NCBI GenBank assembly: GCA_964019425.1
Contig: OZ025780.1
Span: 496,001-560,000 of the forward strand
Direction: 5' to 3'
DNA length: 64,000 nt
From: Flectonema sp. DT1601
Lineage: Eukaryota
A program made the position numbers and the translations under genes. Position 1 is the first letter of the stretch. Every line of letters begins with the position of its first letter. The notes under the pieces are model-generated. The model searched no databases, was not told the origin of the DNA, and saw only the letters and a list, made by a program, of their open reading frames with translations. This document shows, in pieces, positions 63,278 through 64,000 of the stretch.

Positions 63278-63923
63278 CTTCGCTACACGAACACGAGTGT
63301 GTCACGTGGCTGCCGCCGATTTCTTCTTTTGTTGGGGTGGGGGAGGGTGGATGGGGTGAGCGTGGGGAAGGGTGGTCGGGTTGTGGGATCCGCTTGCGTG
63401 GAAAAATTCCTAGCTGCGCTTTCCTACTCGCTGACGGGGATGGGGCGAGGGAGGGAAAAAACTGTGAAGAAGATGTTTTAATTTAACAATAACAAAAATG
63501 TACTCTAATGTAGACAGATAAATGTAACAAAATAACAGATAGTAACAGAATATACAGACAGATAAACAGACAGATAAACAAACAAATAAATAAGCAAATA
63601 AACAACAATCTAAGAGAGGAATGAAATTAAGAGGAAGTAATTAACAAAAGTAAACAAATAAATAAGGAAGAAGAAGGTCAGTCACATACACCGTCTCTTC
63701 TACGTCGTCGTCGTCGTCGTCTTCGAAGTCGCCGAAACGCTTCGCTACACGAACACGAGTGTGTCACGTGGCTGCCGCCGATTTCTTCTTTTGTTGGGGT
63801 GGGGGAGGGTGGATGGGGTGAGCGTGGGGAAGGGTGGTCGGGTTGTGGGATCCGCTTGCGTGGAAAAATTCCTAGCTGCGCTTTCCTACTCGCTGACGGG
63901 GATGGGGCGAGGGAGGGAAAAAA
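63278..63923 (-). repeat. Two direct copies of a ~185-bp GC-rich unit (63278-63461, 63738-63923) separated by a pyrimidine-rich (minus strand) spacer
   Basis: CGCTTCGCTACACGAACACGAG...GGGGCGAGGGAGGGAAAAAA occurs twice. Confidence 0.95.
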
Positions 63924-63961
63924 CAATAAAGTACAGAAACTGTAGCTTTAGAATCGTTGGT
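63924..63961 (-). other. Retroposed spliced-leader (mini-exon) sequence, diplonemid type
   Basis: Minus strand ACCAACGATTCTAAAGCTACAGTTTCTGTACTTTATTG; the 3' half CAGTTTCTGTACTTTATTG is the conserved euglenozoan SL; followed by TTTTTTCCC, not by the GT donor of an SL RNA gene. Confidence 0.93.
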
Positions 63962-64000
63962 CAGGGCCCCAGTAACTTAAAAAAAAAAAAAAATGGTTTT

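Larger units (their letters stand above)
52652..63961 (-). mobile_element. CRE/SLACS-like RLE non-LTR retrotransposon; 3' end firm, 5' end tentatively at the SL copy
   Basis: Poly(A) tail 52652-52716, 3'UTR 52717-53453, one long GC-rich ORF, 5' region with ~60-70-bp tandem repeats. 5' boundary could lie anywhere from about 62700 to 63961. Confidence 0.85.

Noticed and set aside
63924..63961. Functional SL RNA gene
   Set aside because: The exon is not followed by the GT donor and SL intron, is one nt short at the 5' end, and is fused to an exon at an acceptor position.

Overview
Eukaryotic, AT-rich genomic DNA from a euglenozoan, most likely a diplonemid. Evidence: a diplonemid-type spliced-leader (SL) exon at 63924-63961, a euglenozoan-type 18S fragment and ATP synthase beta, and short GT-AG introns. 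Positions 1-43.3 kb are a unidirectional (all minus-strand) gene run: Sec1/Munc18, two small ORFs, a ~2300-aa cadherin-like membrane protein, three near-identical 3277-bp tandem units encoding a secreted repeat protein, Beclin/ATG6, two ATP synthase beta copies, a VOC/glyoxalase-like gene, a CLC channel and CDKAL1. Two non-autonomous TIR elements and an 18S rDNA fragment are interspersed. Positions 43.8-64 kb are a transposon-rich block (Sola-like, MULE and other DDE remnants). It is dominated by an intact CRE/SLACS-like RLE non-LTR retrotransposon whose single ~2840-aa ORF carries, besides zinc fingers, RT and RLE, an OTU protease, a USP (C19) protease and RNase H1-type hybrid-binding modules. 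About 2 kb upstream of this ORF a genomic SL copy is joined exactly where a duplicate of the same sequence has an AG acceptor. The ~12.8-kb segment ending at that SL is bracketed by a perfect 38-bp direct repeat. All domain calls are from motif recognition by eye; no searches were run.
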